A stretch of DNA of 64,000 nt from an uncultured Acidobacteriota bacterium (GCA_963700145.1 OY969474.1:1984001-2048000), one strand, 5' to 3'; positions 21,084-31,091 are shown, counted from the first letter of the stretch. A program made the numbers and translations. The notes: a model not told the origin generated them from the sequence alone.

Positions 21084-22703
21084 TCAAGATCTATCTCCGG
21101 GTTCGGAAGATAGATCTCCGAGGCCTGGAGATGTATCTCGAACGCCCGGAGATATATCTCCAGGGCCAGAAGATCTATCTCCAAGGCCGGGAGATAGATC
21201 TCCGGCGGTCGGAGATAGATCTTCCGGCGCGGAAGATGTATCTCGGGCGGCTGAAGATACATCTTGGAGACCTGGAGATAGATCTCCAGCCCTTCCAGAT
21301 CTATCTCCAGCGCCCTGAGACTCCCCTGGAGGGCTAGCGGGAGGACCTTGGCCACCCGGCGGGCTGGTCCGGTACTCCTCCAGGAGATCCTGGACCTGCC
21401 GGTAGACCTCCTCGCGCATTGTCCGGAGCTCCGCGGCCAGGCGGCCGCGGGTCCGGAGCAGGAGGTAGGCCCGCGCCTCGCGGGCGAAGTTGAGGCGGGT
21501 TTCATGGAAGCGGAGGGCAGCGTAGCCGGTGAGGGGGGCGGCGGCGACGGCCAGGAGGCCTAGCCAGGGACGGTCGAGCCAGGCGCCGACGGCGATGCCC
21601 TGGGCGATCCAGCAGAGGGGGTAGACGAGGAGGGAGGGGAAGACCTTCCAGGTCGCCACCTGGTCGGGGGCGTGGCTCACCCGGCGGGCGATGGCGGCGA
21701 CGAGGAGATATGGCAGGGCGTTGAGGGCTGTGCCAACGATGGCCACGGGCAGGTGGACGAGGAGGCGCAGCAGGCTCCGGCCGATGAAGCGCGCCACCCC
21801 CCCGGGCGGATACTTCGCCGCCACCTGGTCGTCGCGCACCCTCAGGACCCGCAGCAACCGGTCGTAGCGCCGCACCGCCTCGGCCGCCGCGGCCACCTTC
21901 TCGGGGCAGCGCTCCGCCAGCTCGCGGTAGCCGGCCAGGAGCGCCCGCCGCAGCTCGATTCCTTCCTCCAGGCTCCGCCGCCCGGGCAGCTCCAGCTCGG
22001 GCCGGCCGATCAGCTCCGCCGCCCGCGCGATGAGGCGCGCCTCTTCCCAGGAGGCGTAGTTGAGAGTCACCGCCCGCAGCCCGGCGTCGATCCGCGCCGT
22101 CAGCGCCCGCACCGCCGCCGCCCGCCCGCCCGGCTCCCCCGCCGCCCCGCGGTACGCCGCCGCCTCCGGCGCCGGGTCGATCGGCTCCCCCACCTGGGCG
22201 AACGCCCGCGAGCGGAAGCGCGGGCGGGCGTCGAAGAGGAGCCCCACCGGCACGATCCGCACGCCGAGGTCTCCGAAGCGCTCCTCGGCCTCCAGCGCGA
22301 TCCGCGCCGCGCCGGTCTTCAACGGCTGGAGGCCCGGCAGGTTGTGGCTGATCCCCTCCGGGAAGAGGGCGATCGAGCGTCCGGCCGCCAGCTCCTCGTG
22401 GCACCTGGCGAACGCCTCGACATTTTTCGCCGGGTCCACTCCTTCGTCCTGCCGCCGGTACACCGGGATCGCCCCGCCCGCGGCCAGCAGCGGCCCGAGC
22501 CCAGGCATCTTCCAGAGGGTGTGCTTGGCGAGGAACCGCGCCCGCACCGGCAGGGTCCCGAGGATTAGCAGCGGGTCGACCAGGGCGTTGACGTGGTTGG
22601 CGACCAGCACGAGCGGCCGCCCGCGCGGCAGGCGCTCGAGGCCGGCGACGCCGACTTCGCGGTAGAAGGCGCGGAGCAGGAGGCGGATTAGGCGGACGAT
22701 CAA
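21084..22703 (-). CDS. Lysophospholipid/glycerol acyltransferase (PlsC-like) with TM region; C-terminus reads through the 21-bp array
   Basis: NHVNALVD, FLAK, FPEG motifs. Confidence 0.85.
   Translation of the reverse strand: MIVRLIRLLLRAFYREVGVAGLERLPRGRPLVLVANHVNALVDPLLILGTLPVRARFLAKHTLWKMPGLGPLLAAGGAIPVYRRQDEGVDPAKNVEAFARCHEELAAGRSIALFPEGISHNLPGLQPLKTGAARIALEAEERFGDLGVRIVPVGLLFDARPRFRSRAFAQVGEPIDPAPEAAAYRGAAGEPGGRAAAVRALTARIDAGLRAVTLNYASWEEARLIARAAELIGRPELELPGRRSLEEGIELRRALLAGYRELAERCPEKVAAAAEAVRRYDRLLRVLRVRDDQVAAKYPPGGVARFIGRSLLRLLVHLPVAIVGTALNALPYLLVAAIARRVSHAPDQVATWKVFPSLLVYPLCWIAQGIAVGAWLDRPWLGLLAVAAAPLTGYAALRFHETRLNFAREARAYLLLRTRGRLAAELRTMREEVYRQVQDLLEEYRTSPPGGQGPPASPPGESQGAGDRSGRAGDLSPGLQDVSSAARDTSSAPEDLSPTAGDLSPGLGDRSSGPGDISPGVRDTSPGLGDLSSEPGDRS
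21087..21306. repeat. 21-bp-period array with 11 palindromic cores AGAT-NN-ATCT
   Basis: Cores counted at 21087, 21108, 21129, 21150, 21171, 21192, 21213, 21234, 21255, 21276, 21297; degenerate units on both flanks. Confidence 0.95.
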
Positions 22704-22717
22704 GCGTCCCTTCCCCC

Positions 22718-22744
22718 AGATCCCTCGCTACGCTCGGGATGACA
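22718..22744. repeat. Intergenic REP-like hairpin (TGTCATCCCGAGCGTAGCGAGGGATCT on minus strand)
   Basis: Imperfect ATCCC/GGGAT stem flanked by TTCCCCC/GGGGGAA; resembles, from memory, a widespread intergenic repeat that translates as CHPERSEGS. Confidence 0.6.
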
Positions 22745-22770
22745 TTGCAAGGGGGAATCCGCGATCGCAG

Positions 22771-24105
22771 CTACGCCGCCGCGCCGCCGCCCGCCCCCCC
22801 TCCCGTCCGCTCCCACTCCTCGGCCACCCGCCGCCCGCGCGCCTCGTCGACCAGCGCCATGCCGAAGAGCCCGAGGAGGAAGAAGGCCGCCGTCGAGAGC
22901 ATCGCCACCCGCTGCGAGCTGGCCGAGGAGATGGCGCCGAAGACGAAGGGCCCCACCATGTAGGCGGCCTTCCCCGAGAGCCCCCAAAAGCCGAAGAACT
23001 CGCCGGCCTTCTGGACCGGCGCGAAGAGGCCGACGAGGGCCCGCGACGCCGACTGCAGCGACCCGATCCCCAGCCCGGCGAAGAGCGCCACGCCCCAGAA
23101 GAGCTGCTTGCCGTCGAGCCCCGCCACGATCTCCTGCCCCGGCACGCAGGCGTAGGCCCCCAGGCAGACCAGGATCCAGATGACCAGCGCCATGCGGATC
23201 GTGCGCACCGCCCCGAAGCGGTCCTGCACCCAGCCGAAGAGGAAGGCGCCCCCGGCCGCCGAGAGCTGCAGCAGCAGGAAGAGCTTGGTCAGCTCGGCGA
23301 AGGTGAAGCCCAGGCTCTGGACGGCGTAGATGCCGGCGAAGGCAACGACCGTCGTCAACCCCGCGTAGTAGACGAAGTAGACCCCCAGGAACTGCGCCAG
23401 CTCGGAGAAGCGGCGCACCTCGGCGGCGGTGGCCGCCAGCCGTGCGAAGCCGGCGCGCACGTACTCCAGCGGCGCCCGCCGCGTGCGCAGCGCCCGCTCG
23501 CGCAGGAAGAGGAATGTCGGCAGGCCGGCCACCAGGAAGAACAGCGCCGTCGCCACCCAGGCGAGGCGCAGGCTCCCCAGGTTCGCCGGCTCGAAGCCGC
23601 CGCGCAGGAGCGGCTGGACCAGGAGCAGCGACCCCAGCCCGCCGAAATAGCCGAGCCCCCAGCCGAACCCCGAGATCCGCCCGACGTTCTCGGGCGTCGA
23701 GATCTCCGGCAGGAAGGCGCCGGCCAGGTTCTCGCCGAAGGAGAAGCCGATGAACGACACGACGAGGAGCGCCACCCCCAGCCCCGCCCGCCCCGGCACC
23801 ACGAGCCAGAGCGCCGCCGTCCCCGCCACGCACAGGGCGTAGGTGGCGAAGAGGAACACCTTCTTCCGCCCCGAGTCGTCGGCGATCGCCCCGACGACCG
23901 GCGACAGCAGCAGGACGAACAGGTTCGCCACCAGGAGCCCCGTCCCCCAGAGGAAGTCCCCCCGCCCCGGCGGCGCCACCAGCGTGGTGAAGTAGACGCT
24001 GAAGGCGACGGTGACGATGATCGTCGTGTAGCTCGAGTTGGCGAAGTCGAACATCGCCCAGGCGAGGATCTCGCGCGGGCGCGGGGGCGTGGAGGGCTCG
24101 GGCAC
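22771..24105 (-). CDS. MFS transporter (UMF1/Atg22-like)
   Basis: WAMFDFANS, GAIADDSGRKK, about 12 TM segments. Confidence 0.85.
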   Translation of the reverse strand: MPEPSTPPRPREILAWAMFDFANSSYTTIIVTVAFSVYFTTLVAPPGRGDFLWGTGLLVANLFVLLLSPVVGAIADDSGRKKVFLFATYALCVAGTAALWLVVPGRAGLGVALLVVSFIGFSFGENLAGAFLPEISTPENVGRISGFGWGLGYFGGLGSLLLVQPLLRGGFEPANLGSLRLAWVATALFFLVAGLPTFLFLRERALRTRRAPLEYVRAGFARLAATAAEVRRFSELAQFLGVYFVYYAGLTTVVAFAGIYAVQSLGFTFAELTKLFLLLQLSAAGGAFLFGWVQDRFGAVRTIRMALVIWILVCLGAYACVPGQEIVAGLDGKQLFWGVALFAGLGIGSLQSASRALVGLFAPVQKAGEFFGFWGLSGKAAYMVGPFVFGAISSASSQRVAMLSTAAFFLLGLFGMALVDEARGRRVAEEWERTGGGAGGGAAA

Positions 24106-24143
24106 GGGCGCGGCTATGCTACCCCGCGGATGGGCGCCCCGAG

Positions 24144-25016
24144 GTGAAACGCCGCCACCGCCGCGACGGCCGCCGCGCCGCCCCGCGCCCCGTCGCCGTC
24201 TCGCTGCGCGAGTACGCCCGCGGCGTCATCGGCGGCTTCCTCTTCAGCCTGCCGCTCCTTTACACCATGGAGGTCTGGTGGGCCGGCTTCCTCGCCGAGC
24301 CGCTCCACCTCCTCGCCTACCTGGCGGTGGGCTTCCTCCTCCTCCTCGGGTACAACCGCTACCTCGGCCTGCGCCAGGACAGCACCTGGGGCGAGGTTTG
24401 CATCGAGGCGGTCGAGGAGATGGGGCTGGGGATCGCGCTCGCGGCCGCGGCGCTCTGGCTGCTCGGCCGGATCACGGGGGCGATGCCGCTCTCCGAGATG
24501 CTGGGGAAGGTCGTCGTCGAGAGCGTGCCGGTGGCGATCGGCGTCTCCGTCGGGACCGCCCAGCTCGCCGGCCCCTCGAGCGGCGGCGACCCCGACAAGG
24601 GGATGGCGGCGGAGGGCGCGCGCGGCGGCTGGTGGTCGGAGCTGGTGCTCGCCGCCGGCGGCGCCGTCCTCCTCGGCTCCAACGTCGCGCCGACCGAAGA
24701 GGTCCTGGTGATCGCCAACGAGCTCGCGCCGTGGAAGGTCCTGCTGCTGGTCGCCGTCTCGCTGGCGCTCGCCGCGGTCATCCTCCACTACAGCGACTTC
24801 GCCGGCGCGCCCGCGGCGCGCGAGGCCGGTGTCCTGGCGCACGGCGCCGCCGGCGTCGTCGCCGATTACGGCGTGGCCCTGGTTTGCTCGGCCTTCATCC
24901 TCTGGTTCTTCGGTCGCTTCGCCGGCACCGCCCCGGCGCTCTGCCTGGCGCAGACGGTGGTGCTCGGCGTGCCGGCGACGATGGGCGCCGCCGGCGGGCG
25001 GCTCCTCCTGCGCTGA
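24144..25016 (+). CDS. TIGR02587-like integral membrane protein
   Basis: GGFLFSLPLLYTMEVWW, NVAPTEEV motifs. Confidence 0.8.
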   Translation: MKRRHRRDGRRAAPRPVAVSLREYARGVIGGFLFSLPLLYTMEVWWAGFLAEPLHLLAYLAVGFLLLLGYNRYLGLRQDSTWGEVCIEAVEEMGLGIALAAAALWLLGRITGAMPLSEMLGKVVVESVPVAIGVSVGTAQLAGPSSGGDPDKGMAAEGARGGWWSELVLAAGGAVLLGSNVAPTEEVLVIANELAPWKVLLLVAVSLALAAVILHYSDFAGAPAAREAGVLAHGAAGVVADYGVALVCSAFILWFFGRFAGTAPALCLAQTVVLGVPATMGAAGGRLLLR

Positions 25017-25022
25017 GCTGCC

Positions 25023-25439
25023 GTGACGAGCCCCGCCAAGCGCAAGCCGCAGGCCCGGGAAGGGAAGAACCCCCTCGAATGGGCCGTCTTCGGGGTCGGC
25101 CTGGTCCTCCTCCTCGCCACCGTCGGGGCGCTCGTCTGGGACGCGGTGCGCGGCGCCGACGATCCCCCCGAGCTGGCGGTCTCCCTGGGCGCGCCCCGGC
25201 GCACGGCCGGCGGCACCCACCGGGTGCCGGTCGTGGTCGTCAACCGCGGCGGCGAGACGGCGGCCGGGGCCCAGGTCGAGGTCGTGCTCACCGGCCCCGG
25301 CGGCGAGGAGCGCGAGCGGGCCGAGCTCACGCTCGACTTCCTGCCGCGCGACTCGCGCCGCGAAGGGGAGGTCTTCTTCCGCGCCGACCCCGCCGGCGGC
25401 CGGCTCGCCGCCCGCGTCGTTGGCTACCAGCTGCCGTGA
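25023..25439 (+). CDS. TIGR02588-like protein (partner of the preceding gene)
   Basis: KNPLEW-TM...VVNRGGETA...LDFLP; typical gene pairing. Confidence 0.7.
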   Translation: MTSPAKRKPQAREGKNPLEWAVFGVGLVLLLATVGALVWDAVRGADDPPELAVSLGAPRRTAGGTHRVPVVVVNRGGETAAGAQVEVVLTGPGGEERERAELTLDFLPRDSRREGEVFFRADPAGGRLAARVVGYQLP

Positions 25440-25481
25440 TACCGTACGTCTCCTGCGCCGTCTCCTAGGTCGCCTCGAGCC

Positions 25482-27371
25482 GTGAGTCACGAGCCCGCGC
25501 GCGCAGCTCCCACCGGCCGCCAGCTCTTCGCCCTCGCCTTGGGCGCCGTCGGCGTCGTCTACGGCGACATCGGCACCAGCCCGCTCTACGCCATGCGGGA
25601 GTGCTTCCACGGCGCCCACGCCACGCTCGACCCGACGCGCGCCAACGTCCTCGGCGTGCTGTCGCTGATCTTCTGGTCGCTCATCCTCATCGTCTCGATC
25701 AAGTACCTGGTCTTCGTCATGCGCGCCGACAACCGCGGCGAGGGGGGGATCCTGGCGCTCCTCGCGCTGGTGCCGCACGACAGCCGCCCGCGCCGCGTCT
25801 GGGCGCTCACCGCGCTCGGCATCTTCGGCGCCGCGCTGCTCTACGGCGACGGCATGATCACGCCGGCGATCTCGGTGCTCTCGGCGATCGAAGGGCTCGA
25901 GGTGGCGACCCCCCTCTTCTCCCGCTGGGTCGTGCCGGTGACGATCGTCATCCTGGTGGCTCTCTTCGCCATCCAGCGGCGCGGCACCGCCGGCATCGGC
26001 GCCGTCTTTGGGCCGATCATGGTCGTCTGGTTCCTGACCATCGGCGCCCTCGGGTTCTCCTGGCTGGTGCGCGACCTGAGCGTCCTGGCGGCCCTCTCCC
26101 CCACCCACGCCGTCACGTTCTTCGTCCGCAACGGCGTGCACGGCTTCCTCACCCTGGGATCGGTCTTCCTGGTGGTGACCGGCGCCGAGGCGCTCTACGC
26201 CGACATGGGACACTTCGGCCGCCGCCCGATCCGGCGCGCCTGGTTCGTCCTCGTCCTGCCGGCGCTCTGCCTCAACTACCTCGGCCAGGGCGTGCTCCTC
26301 CTCCACGAGCCGGCGGCCGTGGACAACCCGTTCTACCGCCTCGCCCCGGACTGGGCGCTCTACCCGCTGGTGGCGCTGGCCACCATGGCCGCAGTGATCG
26401 CCTCGCAGGCCCTCATCTCGGGCGCCTTCTCGCTCACCCGCCAAGCCGTCCAGCTCGGCTTCATACCGCGCCTCGACATCGTCCACACCTCGAAGGAGGA
26501 GATCGGGCAGATCTACATCCCGACGGTCAACTGGGTCTTGATGCTGGCGACGATCGGGCTCGTCGTCGGCTTCCGCAAGTCCACGAACCTGGCCGCCGCC
26601 TACGGCATCGCGGTGACCCTGACGATGGTCATCACCACCATCCTCGCCTACGCCATCGCGCGCGCCCGCTGGGGGATGCGGCGCGCGGTCGTGCTCCCCA
26701 TCGTGCTCTTTTTCCTGGCCATCGACCTCGCCTTCTTCGGCGCCAACGCCGTCAAGGTGCTGCAGGGCGGCTGGTTCCCGCTGGTCGTCGGCTTCTTCGT
26801 CTACACCCTGATGTCCACCTGGAAGGCCGGCCGCCAGCTCCTCTCCGAGCGCCTGGCGCGCGGCGCCGTCCCCTTCGAGGAGTTCGTCAAGACGATCCAG
26901 CCGGGCTCGCCGCCGCGGGTGCCGGGGACGGCCGTCTTCATGTCGCGCGACGCCTTCGCCACCCCCGCCGCTCTCCTCCACAACCTCAAGCACAACAAGG
27001 TGCTCCACGAGCGGGTGGTGCTGCTGACCCTGCTGACCGAGGAGGTCCCCTACGTCGAGCCGGAGGACCGCGTCGACGTGGCCGACCTGGGGAACGGCTT
27101 CTACCGGCTCTGCGCCCGCTACGGCTTCCTGCAGAGCCCGGGGGTGCCGGACGTGCTCGAGCTGACGCGGAAGAAGGGGCTCGACCTCCAGACCATGCAC
27201 ACCACCTTCTTCCTCTCGCGCGAGACCCTCATCCCGAGCCGCAAGCGCGGCATCGCGATCTGGCGCGAGAAGCTCTTCTGGCTGATGGCGCGCAACGCCG
27301 TCCGCCCCACCGACTTCTTCCGCATCCCCCCCAACCGGGTGGTCGAGCTGGGGATGCAGATCCGGCTGTAG
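25482..27371 (+). CDS. kup: Kup potassium transporter (paralog 1)
   Basis: GVVYGDIGTSPLYA, GEGG, EALYADMGHFG, RVVELG. Confidence 0.97.
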   Translation: MSHEPARAAPTGRQLFALALGAVGVVYGDIGTSPLYAMRECFHGAHATLDPTRANVLGVLSLIFWSLILIVSIKYLVFVMRADNRGEGGILALLALVPHDSRPRRVWALTALGIFGAALLYGDGMITPAISVLSAIEGLEVATPLFSRWVVPVTIVILVALFAIQRRGTAGIGAVFGPIMVVWFLTIGALGFSWLVRDLSVLAALSPTHAVTFFVRNGVHGFLTLGSVFLVVTGAEALYADMGHFGRRPIRRAWFVLVLPALCLNYLGQGVLLLHEPAAVDNPFYRLAPDWALYPLVALATMAAVIASQALISGAFSLTRQAVQLGFIPRLDIVHTSKEEIGQIYIPTVNWVLMLATIGLVVGFRKSTNLAAAYGIAVTLTMVITTILAYAIARARWGMRRAVVLPIVLFFLAIDLAFFGANAVKVLQGGWFPLVVGFFVYTLMSTWKAGRQLLSERLARGAVPFEEFVKTIQPGSPPRVPGTAVFMSRDAFATPAALLHNLKHNKVLHERVVLLTLLTEEVPYVEPEDRVDVADLGNGFYRLCARYGFLQSPGVPDVLELTRKKGLDLQTMHTTFFLSRETLIPSRKRGIAIWREKLFWLMARNAVRPTDFFRIPPNRVVELGMQIRL

Positions 27372-27374
27372 CGG

Positions 27375-28070
27375 TCAGGCTTCCTCTTCCAGCGGCTCGG
27401 CGATGAAGCGGTAGCCGACCCAGGGCTCGGTGACGATGTAGCGCGGGTTGGCCGGGTCGGGCTCCAGCTTGCGGCGCAGGGCGCCGACGTGGACGCGCGC
27501 CGCGTCCGGGCTGGAGTGCGCCGCCCCGCCGATCCGCTGGAGGATGAGGCGGGCGGAGATCGGCCGGCCGGCGTTGGCGGCCAGCAGCTCCAAGATCGCG
27601 AACTCCCGCGGCGTCAGGTGTACCTCGCGCACTCCCTGCGTGACCAGCCGCCGCTCGGAATCGATCACCAGGTCCGGGAAGCGCAGCAGCGGCCGTTCCG
27701 GCGCCGCGCGCCGGAGCTGCGTCCGCACGCGCGCCAGCAGCTCCGGCAGCGACACCGGCTTGGTCACGAAGTCGTCGGCGCCGAGGTCGAGCGCCCGCAC
27801 CTTGTCCGACTCGCCGCCGCGCACCGACAGCACGATGATCGGCGTCCGCGCCCGCCGCCGCACGCCGGCGATCAGGGCGAAGCCGTCGACGCGCGGCATC
27901 GCCAGGTCGGCGATGACGACGTCGGGCGGCTCGGTCTCGATCGACTCCAACGCCTCGGCCCCGTCCGCCGCCGCGCGCGCTTCGTAGCCCGCGGCCGCCA
28001 GCTCGGCGCAGAGGACGCGGCGGATCGCCGGGTCGTCGTCCACGACCAGCACGGCGCGCGGCCGGCTCAC
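27375..28070 (-). CDS. kdpE: KdpE-like OmpR-family response regulator
   Basis: GTG at 28070 overlapping the upstream stop; VLVVDDD, DLAMP, GADDFVTKP, TEPWVGYRF. Confidence 0.85.
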   Translation of the reverse strand: MSRPRAVLVVDDDPAIRRVLCAELAAAGYEARAAADGAEALESIETEPPDVVIADLAMPRVDGFALIAGVRRRARTPIIVLSVRGGESDKVRALDLGADDFVTKPVSLPELLARVRTQLRRAAPERPLLRFPDLVIDSERRLVTQGVREVHLTPREFAILELLAANAGRPISARLILQRIGGAAHSSPDAARVHVGALRRKLEPDPANPRYIVTEPWVGYRFIAEPLEEEA

Positions 28071-29146
28071 AGCCCCTCCTCCACCGCGGCGGCCGGCAGC
28101 AGCACCCACGCCGCCACCCCGCCCCCCGACCGCGGCTCCAGCCGCACCGACCCGCCGCTGGCGGCGGCGAAGCGCCGCGCGATCTCGAGGCCCAGGCCGC
28201 GCGGCAGCACCTCGGCCGCCGTCCCCTCCGCGCGCGGGCCGGCGGCGACGATGCCGTGGCCGCGGTCGAGCACCCCGAGCCGCACGCTGCCGTCGCTGCG
28301 CGAGGCCACCAGCTCGACCGGCACCCCCTCGGCGGAGGCGCGGTCGGCGTTCTCGACCAGGTTGACGACGATCTCGAGCGCCAGCGAGGGATCGACGAAG
28401 ACGTCCGGGCAGTCGGCGTCGACCGCCACGCGGAGCGGCCGGGAGAGCAGCGACAGGCTCTCGCGCGCGGCGCGGAAGAGGTCGGCGGCCGGGACCGGCT
28501 CCGGGCGCGGCGAGACGGTCCCGGCCTCGAGGCGGCCCAACGACAGGAGGTCCTCGATCCGCCGCCGCAGGCGCGACACCTCCAGTTCGAGATCGGCGAG
28601 CCGGGCGCGCGCCTCCTCGCCTTCGACCTGCCGCTTCAAGGCATCGACCTGGAAGCTGATCGCGGTCAACGGCGTCGAGAGGTCGTGCGAGACGGCGCGC
28701 AGGAGAGCGGTCTTCAGCTCCTCGCTCTCGCGCAGCGCGTCGATGTGGGCGGTCTCGCGCAGCAGCCGCTCGCGCTCGAGCGCCATCGTCTCCACCCGCC
28801 GCTGCCGGTCCTCGGCGCGGGCGGCCTGGGCGTGCGCTTGCGCCACCAGCCGGCTGGTCAGGACGGCCGACGTCAGGAAGGCGGCGAGCGCCACCCAGTT
28901 CTGCGGGTCGTCGAGGTGGAAGGCGCCGACCGGCGGCAGGAAGAAGAAGTTGAGGCAGGCGGTGGCGGCCAGCGACGCCGCGACGCCCGCCGCCAGCCCG
29001 CCGCGGGCGGCGGCGAGAAGCACAACGACGAGATAGACGAAGGCCGCGGTCAGCGGGTTGAGGGCGGCGAGCCGCGCCGCTCCCGTCGCGGCGAGGACGG
29101 CCGCGCCGGCGGCGGCGGCGCGCCAGGCGGCGGTGCGTCGGCTCAC
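28067..29146 (-). CDS. KdpD-like histidine kinase half (DUF4118 TM domain + HisKA + HATPase)
   Basis: LNFFFLPP TM block, AVSHDLSTPL, NLVENA, DRGHG, GLGL. Confidence 0.85.
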   Translation of the reverse strand: MSRRTAAWRAAAAGAAVLAATGAARLAALNPLTAAFVYLVVVLLAAARGGLAAGVAASLAATACLNFFFLPPVGAFHLDDPQNWVALAAFLTSAVLTSRLVAQAHAQAARAEDRQRRVETMALERERLLRETAHIDALRESEELKTALLRAVSHDLSTPLTAISFQVDALKRQVEGEEARARLADLELEVSRLRRRIEDLLSLGRLEAGTVSPRPEPVPAADLFRAARESLSLLSRPLRVAVDADCPDVFVDPSLALEIVVNLVENADRASAEGVPVELVASRSDGSVRLGVLDRGHGIVAAGPRAEGTAAEVLPRGLGLEIARRFAAASGGSVRLEPRSGGGVAAWVLLPAAAVEEGL

Positions 29147-29155
29147 GAGGCGAGT

Positions 29156-31090
29156 CTAATCGACGGCCAGGGCGATCTGATTGGCGAAGGCCTCCAGCAG
29201 GTGGAGCTGCTCGGGGGTGACCAGCCGCTGCGGGTCGGCGGGGTGGACGCCGAGCACCCCGACGACGCCGCGCGGCGTGCGCAGCGGCACGTAGAGCCCC
29301 TTGGCGGCGGGGAGGGTGTCGGTCGTCTTGCCCGCCATCCGGCCGTGGTCGTAGACCCACTGCGCCACCGCCTGCTCGCGGCCGTCGAAGAGGTAGGTCA
29401 CGCTCTCGGCCGCGCGCTCGGCGAGACGCCCCGTCTCGTCGGGCAGCAGGAGCAGGACCTGGGAGAGGAAGACGGAGCTGATGTGGCGGGCGGCGGCCTG
29501 CAGGATGTCCTCGCTGCGCGAGGCCGCCGCCAGGTCGCGGCTCATGGCGTAGAGGGCCGCCGTGCGCGCCTCCCGCTCGCGTGCCGCCGCGGCCTGCTCG
29601 CGCAGGCGCACGGTCAGGGTCGAGATGACCAGGCCGGTGGCGAGCATGACGGCGAAGGTGAGCAGGTATTGGCTGTCCGAGACGGCGAAGGTCCAGTACG
29701 GCGGCACGAACCAGAAATCGAAGGCCGCCACGCTCAGCGTCGCAGCCAGCGCCGCGGGCCCGCGCCCCAGCCGCATCGCCACCCCGACGGTGCCGAGCAG
29801 GAAGATCATCACCAGGTTGGTGCGCTCGAAGTAAGGGAAGAGCAGGGCGCAGAGGCCGGTGCAGAGGGCGACGACGGCGGCGCTGGCGAGGTAGGGAGCG
29901 GCGGCGCGCGGGCGGCGCCGCCGCGCCGGCAACGGCCGGTCGTCCCCCTCGTCGCCGGCGATGACGTAGACGTCGATCTCGCCGCTGGCGCGCTCCAGGT
30001 CGTCCCGCACCGAGCCGAAGAGGACGTCCTTCCAGCGCGGGTGGATCGGCTTGCCGACGACGATCTTCGAGACGTTGCGCCGCTGCGCGTAGGCGAGCAG
30101 CGCCTCGGCCGGCCGCTCGCCGCTCAAGACCGCCGTCTCGGCCCCCAGGCGCTCGGCGAGCCGCAGCGTCTGCCAGACGCGGTCGCGCTCGGCCTCGGGC
30201 AGGCGGGCCTCGGCGGGGGTCTCGACGTAGGCCACCAGCCACTCGGCCCGCAGCGTCTCGGCGAGGCGGCGGGCGGCCCGCACCAGCCGCGCCGCGCCGG
30301 GTCCGGAGCTGACCGCCACCAGGATGCGCTCGGCCACCGGCCAGGTCTCGTCGATGCCGTGGAGCTGCCGGTAGCGCTGCATCTGCGCGTCCACCCGCTC
30401 GGCGGTCTTGCGCAGCGCCAGCTCGCGCAGGGCGATGAGATTGCCGGGGCGGAAGAAGCGGTCGATCGCCCGCTCGGCCTGCTCGGGGACGTAGACCTTC
30501 CCCTCGGCGAGGCGGGCGATCAGCTCCTCGGCCGGCAGGTCCACCAGCTCGACCCGGTCGGCGAGGTCGAAGAAGGAGTCGGGGACGGTCTCGCGCACGG
30601 CGACGCCGGTGATCTTGCCCACCAGGTCGTTGAGGCTCTCGAGGTGCTGGACGTTGATCGTGGTGTAGACGTCGATGCCGGCGGCCAGCAGCTCCTCGAC
30701 GTCCTGCCAGCGCTTGGCGTGGCGCGAGCCGGGGGCATTGGTGTGGGCCAGCTCGTCGACCAGGAGCACCGCCGGCCGGCGGGCGAGTGCGGCGTCGAGG
30801 TCGAATTCGCGCAGCGCGACGCCGCGGTGCTCGACGCGGCGCGGCGGCAGGACCTCGAGCCCGGCGAGCAGCGCCTCGGTCTCCTTGCGGCCGTGCGTCT
30901 CGACCCACCCAACCGCCACGTCGGCGCCGCGCCGCTGGAGCTCGCGCGCCGCCTCCAGCATGGCGTAGGTCTTCCCCACGCCGGCGACGGCGCCGAAGAA
31001 GACCTTCAGCTTGCCGCGCTTGGCCCGCTCCTCCTCGGCGTGCGCCAGGGCGAGGAGGGCGTCGGGATCGGGGCGGTCGTCGCGGGTCAC
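29156..31090 (-). CDS. kdpD: KdpD sensor half (KdpD domain, USP, DUF4118, GAF; no kinase domain)
   Basis: GAVAGVGKTYAML, LVDELAHTN, QHLESLND; ends at QIALAVD after the GAF domain. Confidence 0.9.
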   Translation of the reverse strand: MTRDDRPDPDALLALAHAEEERAKRGKLKVFFGAVAGVGKTYAMLEAARELQRRGADVAVGWVETHGRKETEALLAGLEVLPPRRVEHRGVALREFDLDAALARRPAVLLVDELAHTNAPGSRHAKRWQDVEELLAAGIDVYTTINVQHLESLNDLVGKITGVAVRETVPDSFFDLADRVELVDLPAEELIARLAEGKVYVPEQAERAIDRFFRPGNLIALRELALRKTAERVDAQMQRYRQLHGIDETWPVAERILVAVSSGPGAARLVRAARRLAETLRAEWLVAYVETPAEARLPEAERDRVWQTLRLAERLGAETAVLSGERPAEALLAYAQRRNVSKIVVGKPIHPRWKDVLFGSVRDDLERASGEIDVYVIAGDEGDDRPLPARRRRPRAAAPYLASAAVVALCTGLCALLFPYFERTNLVMIFLLGTVGVAMRLGRGPAALAATLSVAAFDFWFVPPYWTFAVSDSQYLLTFAVMLATGLVISTLTVRLREQAAAAREREARTAALYAMSRDLAAASRSEDILQAAARHISSVFLSQVLLLLPDETGRLAERAAESVTYLFDGREQAVAQWVYDHGRMAGKTTDTLPAAKGLYVPLRTPRGVVGVLGVHPADPQRLVTPEQLHLLEAFANQIALAVD

Positions 31091-31091
31091 G

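Noticed and set aside
21087-21306. CRISPR interpretation of the 21-bp arrays
   Set aside because: 10-bp cores and 11-nt linkers are far below CRISPR repeat/spacer sizes, and there are no cas genes in the window.
25446-25470. CGTCTCCT direct repeat upstream of kup paralog 1
   Set aside because: Only two copies, and they do not match the phased CGWAAG boxes; could be chance.
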